Positions 10,112-19,050 of a stretch of 34,201 nucleotides of DNA are shown piece by piece. The DNA is taken from sequence record SRR20825010_1128; one strand, 5' to 3'. The notes beneath the pieces were generated by a model that was not told where the DNA came from, did not search any database, and was given only the letters and a program-made list of their open reading frames with translations. The number at the start of each line of letters is the position of its first letter. The first letter of the stretch is position 1. The translations under genes were made by a program, and so were the position numbers.

Positions 10112-10855
10112 ATGAAAGGAAAATTCGGGCTGACAATGGCCCTGATGTTAACGGCAGGTTGTACGACTGCCGCAGAAGAACTGCGGATCTACACAGAGCA
10201 ATACCCTCCTTATAACATGACCACCAATGGTCAGCCATTTGCCCACTCAGAAGCAGACATCACGGGTCTTTGTACCGATGTCGTGAAGGCGCTTCTGGGT
10301 AAAGCCGAGCTGGATTACAGCATTAAACTCCGGGACCTCAGCTATGGCCTCAACCGGGCCGAACGGCATCCTGACCACGCCATCTACTGTGTATCCAAAA
10401 CAGAGGATCGAGCGCCTTTTTTCGACTGGGTGGGGCCACTGTCTTCCATCGAATGGACACTGTTCGCCAAACCCGGTTCGTCCATTGAACTGAACACCCT
10501 GAACGATGCCCACAGCTATCAGATCGGTGGGTACAAGGGCGACGTCATGACCAACTTTTTGATCGACAAGGGCTTTGACGTTTCCGCAATCAGCAACAAC
10601 GGCCTGAATGCGCGCCGCCTGGTCCAGGATCAGATTGACCTCTGGGTGGCTGACGGTCTGGCTGGCCCGTACCTGGCTGCTGATGCGTCCGATGTAACCG
10701 GGCTCGAGCGCGTTCTGGTGTTCCGTGAAACGCCAATGTATCTCGCCGTCCACAAGGACACCGCCCCCGAGATCCTGCAGGCTCTGAACAAAAGTTACCA
10801 GGCACTGGTTGAGTCCGGCGAAAAGGAGACCATTTCCCGCTCCTACGGATTCTGA
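10112..10855 (+). CDS. Periplasmic substrate-binding protein (family 3 / PBP2-like), orphan
   Basis: Signal peptide, TEQYPPYN, FDWVGP, IDLW motifs; no permease or ATPase adjacent. Confidence 0.85.
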   Translation: MKGKFGLTMALMLTAGCTTAAEELRIYTEQYPPYNMTTNGQPFAHSEADITGLCTDVVKALLGKAELDYSIKLRDLSYGLNRAERHPDHAIYCVSKTEDRAPFFDWVGPLSSIEWTLFAKPGSSIELNTLNDAHSYQIGGYKGDVMTNFLIDKGFDVSAISNNGLNARRLVQDQIDLWVADGLAGPYLAADASDVTGLERVLVFRETPMYLAVHKDTAPEILQALNKSYQALVESGEKETISRSYGF

Positions 10856-10888
10856 GCGCGCCGCAAGAGCGCCCTTCCTGCCTCCCAA

Positions 10889-10917
10889 CGCCGACGTGAC
10901 CAACGCTCACGTCGGCG
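10889..10917 (+). terminator. Hairpin after the SBP gene
   Basis: CGCCGACGTGA-N7-TCACGTCGGCG, 11-bp stem. Confidence 0.5.
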
Positions 10918-11106
10918 CCTCCCGAAACCTAACGTTTTGTAATGTTTTCCGCCTGGATGGACAAAAAATCCGCGACTAGTCTTGCGGTAGGCATCGATGG
11001 AAGTAGTGATGCCCGGGCGCCTGTTTAACATCCATTCAGGCCTCCCCGCGCTGAAAGTCCGCCACAAGCGGACCTAACAACAAACTCCCAGGATTGGAGA
11101 ATCACA

Positions 11107-12729
11107 ATGAAAATCAGCACCGCAAGCCGCACCATGGCTTTAGGATCCCTTTTCTTTGCATTAACCGCACACGCCTCGCCAGGCCAGAAATCCACCGGCG
11201 ATTTACTCAACGATTTCTGGAGCCCGGATCGAATCAGTCCGTTTGAGTGTCGCTTTGGCATTCTCAATAGCACGCCATTTGGTCTGCCCCGCTGCATGCA
11301 GGCAAGCAACATCCAATACCACCTGGACCGGTTATACGGCATTGCCGAAGCCAATGATGGCAATCGCGCTGCCGGCTTACCTGGATACCAGGCGACGGTC
11401 GATTACGTTAAAACCACACTGGAGAGTGCGGGCTATGACGTGACCATCCAGCAGTTTCCTTTCAATGCCTTCTACCCGACCGGAGACGGCATTCTGCAGG
11501 CCACGGCACCCACTCCGACCGACTATGTATGGGAAGAGGACTTTACCTACCTGTCCCAGACGGAGCCGGGCGATGTGACGGGCATGGCCGTTGCCGTTGA
11601 CGTTCAACTCGGCCCCGACAATACCTCCACCAGTGGCTGTGAACCCGAGGACTTTACCGACTTCCCCGCTGGATCGGTCGCCGTCATCCAACGGGGAGCC
11701 TGCGCCTTCGGGCAGAAAGCAACCAACGCGGCCAATGCAGGTGCCGCGGGTGTGGTGATCTTCAACCAGGGCAACACGGAAGACCGCAAAGGCCTGATCA
11801 ACGCCACGCTCGGCGATGACTACGCCGGGGGAGTTCCCGTCGTGTTCACCACCTACGACATTGGCGCTGGCTGGGTTGAGCAGCAGGACCTCCAGCTCAG
11901 AGTCGTGACCAACGTGGTGAGAGAGCAAACCGAAACCTCCAACGTGATTGCCGAAACCAATCGGGGCAACCCTGACAACGTCGTGATGACGGGCGCTCAC
12001 CTGGATTCAGTGTTTGAAGGGGCTGGTATCAACGACAATGGCTCCGGCAGCGCTGCGCTTCTTGAACTGGCCCTGCAAATGAAACGGGCTCACCCCCGTA
12101 ATCAGGTCCGCTTTGCCTGGTGGGGTGCGGAAGAGGCCGGCCTGGTTGGCTCAACGTTCTACGTCAACAGCCTTTCCCAGGAAGAGAAGGACAAGATCAA
12201 GGTCTACCTGAACTACGACATGATTGGTTCGCCCAACTTCGGCAACTTTATCTACGATGGCGATGGTTCTGACTTCGATCTGGCAGGTCCTCCGGGATCA
12301 GCCGCCACGGAGGCGCTGTTCGAGAAGTACTTCAACCTGCGTGAAATAGCCTCAGAGGGCACGCAAATCAGCTTCCGCTCAGACTACGCGCAGTTCTTCG
12401 AGGACGGCATTGCGTTTGGCGGGCTGTTTACCGGTGCGGAAGTGCTGAAAACCGAAGAGCAGGCGGCCAAGTTCGGTGGCGAGGCTGGCGTTGCTTTCGA
12501 CCCCTGTTATCACTCAGCCTGTGACGACATCACCAACGTCGACGAGCTCGCTCTTGAGATCAACGGCGATGCTGCCGCCTTCGTGACCAGTTGGCTGTCA
12601 CTCTCAACGCGAGTGATTGACGAGGAAATCGCCGCAGCGGAAGAAGCGGAACCTGCGGCCGGTGCTCGCGCACTGCAGGCAGAGCCGCAACGCGACATTA
12701 CCCATTGGGGTGACAAGTGGATCAAGTAA
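11107..12729 (+). CDS. Secreted M28 aminopeptidase with PA domain (PaAP/SGAP-like)
   Basis: Signal peptide; GAHLDSV, GINDNGSG, WWGAEEAGL, NYDMIGSPN, RSDY, DPCYH zinc-ligand motifs; PA domain (IQRGAC.F..K). Confidence 0.93.
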   Translation: MKISTASRTMALGSLFFALTAHASPGQKSTGDLLNDFWSPDRISPFECRFGILNSTPFGLPRCMQASNIQYHLDRLYGIAEANDGNRAAGLPGYQATVDYVKTTLESAGYDVTIQQFPFNAFYPTGDGILQATAPTPTDYVWEEDFTYLSQTEPGDVTGMAVAVDVQLGPDNTSTSGCEPEDFTDFPAGSVAVIQRGACAFGQKATNAANAGAAGVVIFNQGNTEDRKGLINATLGDDYAGGVPVVFTTYDIGAGWVEQQDLQLRVVTNVVREQTETSNVIAETNRGNPDNVVMTGAHLDSVFEGAGINDNGSGSAALLELALQMKRAHPRNQVRFAWWGAEEAGLVGSTFYVNSLSQEEKDKIKVYLNYDMIGSPNFGNFIYDGDGSDFDLAGPPGSAATEALFEKYFNLREIASEGTQISFRSDYAQFFEDGIAFGGLFTGAEVLKTEEQAAKFGGEAGVAFDPCYHSACDDITNVDELALEINGDAAAFVTSWLSLSTRVIDEEIAAAEEAEPAAGARALQAEPQRDITHWGDKWIK

Positions 12730-12760
12730 CGCTTCTCGTTACATTATCCACTTAACGATG

Positions 12761-12789
12761 AGGGCCACTTTCAGGAGTGGCCCTTTTCT
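12761..12789 (+). terminator. Rho-independent terminator
   Basis: AGGGCCACT-TTCAGG-AGTGGCCCT followed by TTTCT. Confidence 0.75.
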
Positions 12790-12801
12790 GTGGCCCGGGC
12801 G

Positions 12802-13938
12802 TCATTGCCCACGAATGGCATGAATCAGCCGGGCTAGCTGTTCTGCACATTGTTCCAGGTTTTTCTGTCCATCCCGCATAGCCTCATCAAGCGTCATCGG
12901 TTCTGGCACAATAGAGAACGCTGCCGCCAATCCCAGGTCATGAAGGGCCGTCAAGTCACTGCCCACTTTTCCACCCAGGCCAAGAACCGGCACGCCGTGC
13001 TTTCGGGCCAAAGCTGATACACCTGCTGGTGTCTTCCCTGCCGCACTCTGGCCATCAATCGCCCCTTCCGCCGTGATTACAAGATCCGCCGAACGCATCT
13101 GTGTCTCAAGCCCCATGGTCTCCATCACCAGCTCGATTCCAGACTTCAGGCTGGCCCCCAGAATACCCGCAACCATTCCTCCAATTCCGCCTGCGGCACC
13201 GCTGCCCGGAAACGAACGTATGTCGTACCCGGATTTGTCCGCAATGTCCGCAAACCGGCTCAGGTTACGGTCCAGTTCGGCCACCTGTGCAGGAGTGGCC
13301 CCTTTCTGGGGGCCAAACACGGCTGCGGCGCCATCGGCGCCGTTCAGCGGGTTGCTGACATCACAGGCGACAACCAGGCGAGTGTTCTCCAGTGCTTTAA
13401 CGGCGGGGGACACGTCGAGACTCGACAACAAAGCCAGGCCGGCGCCACCTGCCGGAATTTCCTGACCGCCGGAGTCCAACAACCGGGCGCCAAGGGCCTG
13501 AAGAATACCAGCACCACCATCGGTTGTTGCGCTGCCGCCCAGACACATCACCAGGGTATCCGGTCTATGCTTCATGGCGGCCTTGATGAGCTCTCCCGTC
13601 CCCCGGCTGGTTGCCTTCATGGCATCCCTTCGGCCGGCAGGCACATGGTGCAACCCACTGCCCTCAGCCACTTCAACAATAGCAGTGCGGCCGTCGGCGA
13701 CCAGACCATATTGCGCCGTTACTGGATCACCCAGCGGCCCCGTTACGTCAGCACAATGCAGCGTCCCGTTTTGCGACTCTACCAGGGCCACCGTGGTTCC
13801 CTCGCCGCCATCGGCGAGCGGAACCTGCACCACCTCATCCGTCGGCGCCCCCCGACTCCAACCGCGCGCAATCGCAGCCGCCACCTCCTTGGCAGGCAGA
13901 CACTCCTTGAATGAGTCGGGCGCGATGAGGATCCGCAT
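12802..13938 (-). CDS. glxK: Glycerate kinase (GlxK/GarK family)
   Basis: IAPDSFKE, PLADGGEGT, LGGSATTDGG, FGPQKGA, GAAGG, GKTP motifs. Confidence 0.93.
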   Translation of the reverse strand: MRILIAPDSFKECLPAKEVAAAIARGWSRGAPTDEVVQVPLADGGEGTTVALVESQNGTLHCADVTGPLGDPVTAQYGLVADGRTAIVEVAEGSGLHHVPAGRRDAMKATSRGTGELIKAAMKHRPDTLVMCLGGSATTDGGAGILQALGARLLDSGGQEIPAGGAGLALLSSLDVSPAVKALENTRLVVACDVSNPLNGADGAAAVFGPQKGATPAQVAELDRNLSRFADIADKSGYDIRSFPGSGAAGGIGGMVAGILGASLKSGIELVMETMGLETQMRSADLVITAEGAIDGQSAAGKTPAGVSALARKHGVPVLGLGGKVGSDLTALHDLGLAAAFSIVPEPMTLDEAMRDGQKNLEQCAEQLARLIHAIRGQ

Positions 13939-13939
13939 A

Positions 13940-15283
13940 TTACAGTGCTACCAGTGAGGTCAGCCAAACCATTGAAATCGTGACCAGCCCCATAATCAGT
14001 GTTGCCGTGGTATGGGACTTATAGGCCGTAGCCACATCCATCTTGCTGAACTGGGAAACCACCCAGAAATAACTGTCGTTGGCGTGGGAAACCGTCATGG
14101 CGCCAGCACCGATGGCCATCACCGTCAACACGCGACCGAATTCCGAGTCCAGCCCCAGTTGCGTCATCAGGGGCGCCACAAGCGCCGACGTAGTGACCAG
14201 CGCAACGGTTGAAGAGCCCTGCGCGGATTTCAGCGCGGCGGCAACGAGGAACGGCATGATGACACCCAACCCAAGTGTCGAGAGCGTATCTCCAAGATAA
14301 TCCCCCAATGCCGTTTCAGCCAACACACTGCCAAAGGCCCCGCCCGCACCGGTGATCAGGATAATGGGTGCAGATACCTCCAGGCCCTTTTGCGTATGAC
14401 GGGCGAATTCATCCAGCTTTTGCTTGCCCTGAATAAGCATCAAAGCGAAGCCAAGGCCAATCATCAATGCGTTCAGAGGCTTACCAAGGAAATTCAGCGT
14501 CTCGTACAGAGCTCCCTCTCCGAGCGGAGCCGTCGGATAGCTCGCAACCGACCCCATACAAATCAATAGTATCGGGACAAAGATCGGTGCAAATGCAGCC
14601 CAGGGAGTCGGCAGCTCACCATAGTGCTCTCTGGCCTCCTCAAACGCCTCTTCTGCCAGCTCAAGCTCTGTGCTGCCCAGATTCCGGCTCCTGCTCGCCC
14701 AGAACAGGCCTGCCAGCGCGGCAATCAAAGCAAACACAAAGCCAACGGCAATAACCAGCCCCAGGTTGTCTTCCAGCCCCAGATTGCCGGCTGCCGCGAT
14801 GGGGCCTGGCGTGGGTGGAACCAGAGTGTGGGTTGCAAACAGCCCTGTGGAAAGGGCCACCGTCATGGCTACCGGTGACACACTGAGCTTCCTCGCCATG
14901 GATCGTTTAAGGCTGTTCAGGATCACGAAACCCGAGTCGCAAAACACCGGGATGGACACGATAAAGCCAACCAGCGACATCGTCAGCGTCGGGAAACGCT
15001 GGCCCAGCAGTTTGACGATACTCTCCGCCATGACAATGGCTGCACCGGTGCGCTCAAGTATGACACCGATGATGGTGCCTAAAACGATCACCAAACCGAT
15101 GTATCCCAGAATGCCGCCGAAACCCGACCTGATGGTACTCTCGATGGTGTCGATTGGCAGGCCAAAAGCAAATGCGGCCAGGAAAGAGGCCAGTAACAGG
15201 GTAATGAAGGGGTTCAGCTTGAGCTTGCTGGTGGCAAATACGATAAAAACGATCAATACCAGCAGAATCAGGACCAGATGCAT
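13940..15283 (-). CDS. GntP-family permease (probable glycerate/sugar-acid transporter)
   Basis: PVFCDSGF, PPTPGP, AQGSSTVA, SHANDSYFW motifs; 1 nt from glycerate kinase. Confidence 0.92.
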   Translation of the reverse strand: MHLVLILLVLIVFIVFATSKLKLNPFITLLLASFLAAFAFGLPIDTIESTIRSGFGGILGYIGLVIVLGTIIGVILERTGAAIVMAESIVKLLGQRFPTLTMSLVGFIVSIPVFCDSGFVILNSLKRSMARKLSVSPVAMTVALSTGLFATHTLVPPTPGPIAAAGNLGLEDNLGLVIAVGFVFALIAALAGLFWASRSRNLGSTELELAEEAFEEAREHYGELPTPWAAFAPIFVPILLICMGSVASYPTAPLGEGALYETLNFLGKPLNALMIGLGFALMLIQGKQKLDEFARHTQKGLEVSAPIILITGAGGAFGSVLAETALGDYLGDTLSTLGLGVIMPFLVAAALKSAQGSSTVALVTTSALVAPLMTQLGLDSEFGRVLTVMAIGAGAMTVSHANDSYFWVVSQFSKMDVATAYKSHTTATLIMGLVTISMVWLTSLVAL

Positions 15284-15408
15284 TCATACTCTCCGTTCAG
15301 TATTGTTTTCTATGCGTAGGGGACGGCATTCCTCGGCAGCTAGTTTAAAAGTTGACAGCACCCTGGTCGTTAGCGAAGAGAACAATTTTTTTGCTAATTT
15401 AGTACATT

Positions 15409-15430
15409 AAATTGTGGACTTGAACAATTT
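15409..15430. promoter_or_regulatory. Candidate CdaR operator upstream of gntP-glxK
   Basis: Palindrome AAATTGT-N8-ACAATTT (core TTGTGgacttGAACAA), resembling TTGTG..CACAA CdaR boxes. Confidence 0.45.
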
Positions 15431-15432
15431 TT

Positions 15433-16521
15433 CTAACGTGTTTCCAGGGCGAACTGGAGCACCAGCAAATCCCGGAGCACAAACGGAGACAGCCTGGTGA
15501 GCGCTTCGATTTTCTGCAGTCGATAACGCACCGTATTGGGGTGGATGTTTAGCTGATCAGCACACCGCTTTATTTCGCCGTCACAGTCAATGTAGCGTGA
15601 CAGCGTCTTGAGATAGAGTTCTCCCTGCCGATGCTCAACAAGGGGTTCAATCAGCGCCTGCAGTTCAGCTTGCTGCCAGTGTGGCGCAAGACTCTGCCAG
15701 AGCGCCGGGATTCGAAGCTCTTCATAGCGGAGAATGCTCGCTCCCGGTTTTCTCCTGCGCCCCACTTCCAGCGTCGCGGTAGCGGACTGATAACCGGCTA
15801 CGAAGTTCCTGGTGAATGATTTTCCTGTCGCAAGAATGACGTCGTCTTTGCCACGGGCAGCCAAGGTTGCCAGCAGGTTTTTGAACTCAGACTGGCCTGG
15901 CCCGGTTTCCGCGAAAATCAGGAGCTGCCTTGGCGACAGGCGAACGGTAAGCGCTGCTCGATGATGCTGCTCGAGATAGGGTGCCAACGGCACAAGCACC
16001 TGCTCCACCGCAACCTGGGTTGTTGCTTCGAGTATCAGCCCTATCCTCGGACAATCAGCTTCAATACCCAACTGCTCGAACCAGATTTCCGGCACGGTTT
16101 TGCCTTCACACGCCGCCAGCAGCACGTCTTCAATCTGTCGGCGTCGATGCTGCCCTGCTTCCAGCAATGCCGCCTGCTCGAGCATTAGCTCAGCGGTAAT
16201 ACGAACCAGATCCGCGTACTGGGAGACCTCTTCAGGCGCACCGGATATACCAACAACAGCCGCCATCTCCCCGCCAACGGTGACGGGCAGATTTACACCC
16301 GGACGGGTTCCCGAGTACGCGCCGGAGCGAGAGTCATCAATGATCAGTGGATGCCCACTGCTGGCGACAAGCTTCGCAGCTTCATGGTGATCACCGACCC
16401 GGCGAGGCTCGCCGGACGCGATAATAATACCGTCCGGCGTCATCACGTTGACGGACCAACCAATCGCTTGCATTGTGCGGTCGACAATTCGTTGCGCAGT
16501 TTGTTCGTCCAGAGTCAGCAC
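15433..16521 (-). CDS. cdaR: CdaR/SdaR sugar-diacid-recognition regulator
   Basis: AQRIVDRTM...VNVM...G.IIASG...R.G..HE N-terminal domain; C-terminal LNIHPNTVRYRL HTH; upstream of gntP-glxK. Confidence 0.9.
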   Translation of the reverse strand: MLTLDEQTAQRIVDRTMQAIGWSVNVMTPDGIIIASGEPRRVGDHHEAAKLVASSGHPLIIDDSRSGAYSGTRPGVNLPVTVGGEMAAVVGISGAPEEVSQYADLVRITAELMLEQAALLEAGQHRRRQIEDVLLAACEGKTVPEIWFEQLGIEADCPRIGLILEATTQVAVEQVLVPLAPYLEQHHRAALTVRLSPRQLLIFAETGPGQSEFKNLLATLAARGKDDVILATGKSFTRNFVAGYQSATATLEVGRRRKPGASILRYEELRIPALWQSLAPHWQQAELQALIEPLVEHRQGELYLKTLSRYIDCDGEIKRCADQLNIHPNTVRYRLQKIEALTRLSPFVLRDLLVLQFALETR

Positions 16522-16599
16522 GTGTTTTCGGGGCCCATGGCAGGTTCAGAGAAGCGTTCCAAAGGTATTGTGCCGTAGAGAACCCTTCCGCTCCTAATA

Positions 16600-17103
16600 G
16601 TGACCGGCCAAGTAGCGCGCGCCGCCAAAAATGGTGACATTATGCCGTTGGTTACCGCCTCGGACTCAGCGGGCGCCACCACGGTTGCCAATCCCGCTGC
16701 GGGACTGTTAGCGCCAGGAGAGACCACGACGGCAATCGTCAATACCAACAACGCCACAGCCAACACACAGCTTTCCGTCGTGGCCATGCTGCTGCCCACC
16801 AACGATGGCTTTCTGGCTCTCAACAGCCTGACAGTGCCCACCCTACCTGGCACTTACACCTACAACCTGAACGCCTACGACGCCGGCACCGAAGCCAATA
16901 CCGAATCCGCTGACACCGTGCCCGGTCCTGCTGCCAGTGGACTGGCCGAGGGTTTCAACGCCGATAGGGACGATGTTAGAAATGCCGTTTACGTTCACCC
17001 CGGAGTCGTTACCCAAGACGATGGACTGAATACCTCCACACTGGGAGGCAATCAGCGCTGGGATAACCCTATTGCGCGAGTACAAATTGAGCGAGTGCAG
17101 TAG
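16600..17103 (+). pseudogene. 5'-truncated Spondin_N-domain protein
   Basis: MLLPTNDGF, AYDAGTEAN, HPG, WDNP spondin motifs present; no signal peptide or N-terminal third; in-frame TAG at 16576-78; no clear RBS. Confidence 0.65.
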
Positions 17104-17109
17104 ACGATA

Positions 17110-17139
17110 GCCACAGGCACAACCCATTGTGCCTGTGGC
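17110..17139 (+). terminator. 13-bp perfect hairpin after the spondin fragment
   Basis: GCCACAGGCACAA-CCCA-TTGTGCCTGTGGC. Confidence 0.65.
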
Positions 17140-17148
17140 CCCCTCCTA

Positions 17149-17276
17149 CTGAGTAAGACCAAATACTCAGCGCGTTCCGACGAAATGTCAGTTATTCGTA
17201 ACTGAAGCGTGGTTTAGGCTCAGCGATAACCAGACTCAACGCATCGTATATGGCATTTCGATGCCGCTGAGTATTT
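17149..17276 (+). promoter_or_regulatory. Structured leader (candidate cis-regulatory RNA or operator array) upstream of the three-gene operon
   Basis: 12-bp perfect inverted repeat AAATACTCAGCG (17161-72) / CGCTGAGTATTT (17265-76), nested stem, two TTCG-loop hairpins, alternative pairings. Confidence 0.45.
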
Positions 17277-17295
17277 TCGTATGAGGAGCGCCACC

Positions 17296-18165
17296 GTGAA
17301 CCTCTTCGGTTTCCAGCACAGCATCATCAAGAACTGTGTAAACCTCGCCAAGTACCCGCTGACCCTGCCAGGTGACAGTGCCTGGAACGACACCATCGAC
17401 GGTATACGTCAGGATTTGGCGAGGGAAGGTTGCGCCATTCTTTCATCCTTTATTTTGCCGGAAGCTCTGGTACGTCTTGAGGCTGAAAGTTCAGCAATGG
17501 CGATCAACGCGTACTACAGGACGGAGATGGTTAACGCCTACAACATCGATATCAATACGGTGCTCCCCCGTTGGCACCCTGGCAACCTGACCATGGAACG
17601 TGGCAACGCATTTGTTGCACGAGACCAGATTCCCTCAACGGCTATAATCCAGCAACTCTACACCAACCCACTGTTCCAGAGTTTCATCGCAGATTGCTTC
17701 CAGCTTAAACGCGTCCACGAGCTGGCTGACCCGTTTTCCGGGCTCGTACTCAATGTCATCGCTCCCGGCAAAGAGCATCCGTGGCACTTCGATACGAATG
17801 AATTTACTGTCAGCCTGCTTACCCAGTCGCCAGAGGCGGGTGGCCTATTTGAATATTGCCCGCACATCCGCACAGCTCAGGAAGAGCACTTCAGAGACGT
17901 CAACGCTGTTCTCAGGGGCTCACGTAGCGGCCGTATTCGTAAGATCAACCTGTGTCCCGGCGACCTACAGCTCTTCATGGGGCGTTACTCCCTGCACCGT
18001 GTAAGCAGAGTCGAAGGCGCGACCACTCGACACTCCGCGATCTTTGCGTACAGCGAACGCAGGGGTGTTATTGGAAGCCCTACACGAACCCTTCAGCTAT
18101 TCGGACGACTGGCGCCAGTCCATACGGCAAGAGCTGTGGTAAGAAACGATCACTTGCTGGATTAG
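17296..18165 (+). CDS. Fe(II)/2-oxoglutarate-dependent oxygenase, BesD/HalD-like fold, hydroxylase type
   Basis: PWHFD (HxD) ... GG.FEY ... PGDLQLF.GRYSLHRV (distal His) ... R; GAGGAG RBS 7 nt before GTG 17296 (alternative ATG 17281). Confidence 0.8.
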   Translation: MNLFGFQHSIIKNCVNLAKYPLTLPGDSAWNDTIDGIRQDLAREGCAILSSFILPEALVRLEAESSAMAINAYYRTEMVNAYNIDINTVLPRWHPGNLTMERGNAFVARDQIPSTAIIQQLYTNPLFQSFIADCFQLKRVHELADPFSGLVLNVIAPGKEHPWHFDTNEFTVSLLTQSPEAGGLFEYCPHIRTAQEEHFRDVNAVLRGSRSGRIRKINLCPGDLQLFMGRYSLHRVSRVEGATTRHSAIFAYSERRGVIGSPTRTLQLFGRLAPVHTARAVVRNDHLLD

Positions 18166-18196
18166 CTATCAACAGGCTTTTGCTAACGGAGGCGCA

Positions 18197-19048
18197 ATGA
18201 ACGATACATCGCAACTGGACAACACCGGCAAAGTCTCACTGGATCACATCTATACCGCACCGGACCCCCGTGACTATTTCATAACGCTCCAGCGGCTTGG
18301 TTATTGCATCCCTCAACTGGCGCTGCCCCACTTTACCAACCTGATTGACGCTTATCGCCGGACTAGGCGAGTGTCGACGCCAACCATTGTCGACATTGGC
18401 AGCTCCTATGGCATCAATGCCGCGCTGATTCGCTACGGCACCAACATGAACAGGCTTTACAAACACTACGGCTGCCAGAGCGCTGGGGCTCTGTGCAGGG
18501 ACGCATTGATCAAACGCGACCGAATGTGCCTGACGGCGCAATCGTCAAAAGATCACAGCCGATGGATTGGTCTCGACTGCTCAGCCCCGGCACTAACGTA
18601 CGCGATCGACGCAGGGCTGTTAGACGATGTGATAAACGCGGACTTTGAGCATGACCAGCCCACGGCAGAGCAGCTTGCGCAACTTGAGAACACGGACATC
18701 GTTCTATCGACCGGTTGTGTGGGGTATGTGACGGAAAAAACCATCACGCGAATTATCGATGCCTCCGGAGAAAAACGCCCCTGGATGGCGCACTTTGTTC
18801 TGAGAATGTTCTCTTTCAAAGCGGTTGCTGACGCGTTGACTGTACGGGGCTACGAAACCAGAAAAGTGGCCGGCGTTTTCAGGCAACGTCGATTCGCTGT
18901 CCCACAGGAACAGGCGCGGGTGCTTGCCGCGCTGGCGGAGGCAGGCGTTGATTACCGGGGCGTTGAGGATGATGGTTGGCTCTATGCAGAACTGTATATC
19001 TCAATGCCAGCCAACGAAAAACCGATCCATGCCGACACAAGAGAATAG
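18197..19048 (+). CDS. Class I SAM-dependent methyltransferase-fold protein
   Basis: IVDIGSSYGIN (motif I), IGLDCS..AL (acidic motif II), ADFE, STGCVGY; GGAGG RBS. Confidence 0.75.
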   Translation: MNDTSQLDNTGKVSLDHIYTAPDPRDYFITLQRLGYCIPQLALPHFTNLIDAYRRTRRVSTPTIVDIGSSYGINAALIRYGTNMNRLYKHYGCQSAGALCRDALIKRDRMCLTAQSSKDHSRWIGLDCSAPALTYAIDAGLLDDVINADFEHDQPTAEQLAQLENTDIVLSTGCVGYVTEKTITRIIDASGEKRPWMAHFVLRMFSFKAVADALTVRGYETRKVAGVFRQRRFAVPQEQARVLAALAEAGVDYRGVEDDGWLYAELYISMPANEKPIHADTRE

Positions 19049-19050
19049 CA

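Noticed and set aside
17149-17276. Known riboswitch (guanidine-I/II, SAM, TPP, cobalamin), retron msr-msd or integron attC
   Set aside because: I could not recognise their conserved cores, there is no reverse transcriptase or integrase in the window, and no RYYYAAC/GTTRRRY ends. An Rfam search is still needed.
17296-18165. Radical halogenase call
   Set aside because: The iron motif is HFD, not HxG/A.
18976-19050. Longer start for the acyltransferase
   Set aside because: It would overlap the methyltransferase by 73 nt; ATG 19051 fits operon spacing and family similarity starts after it.
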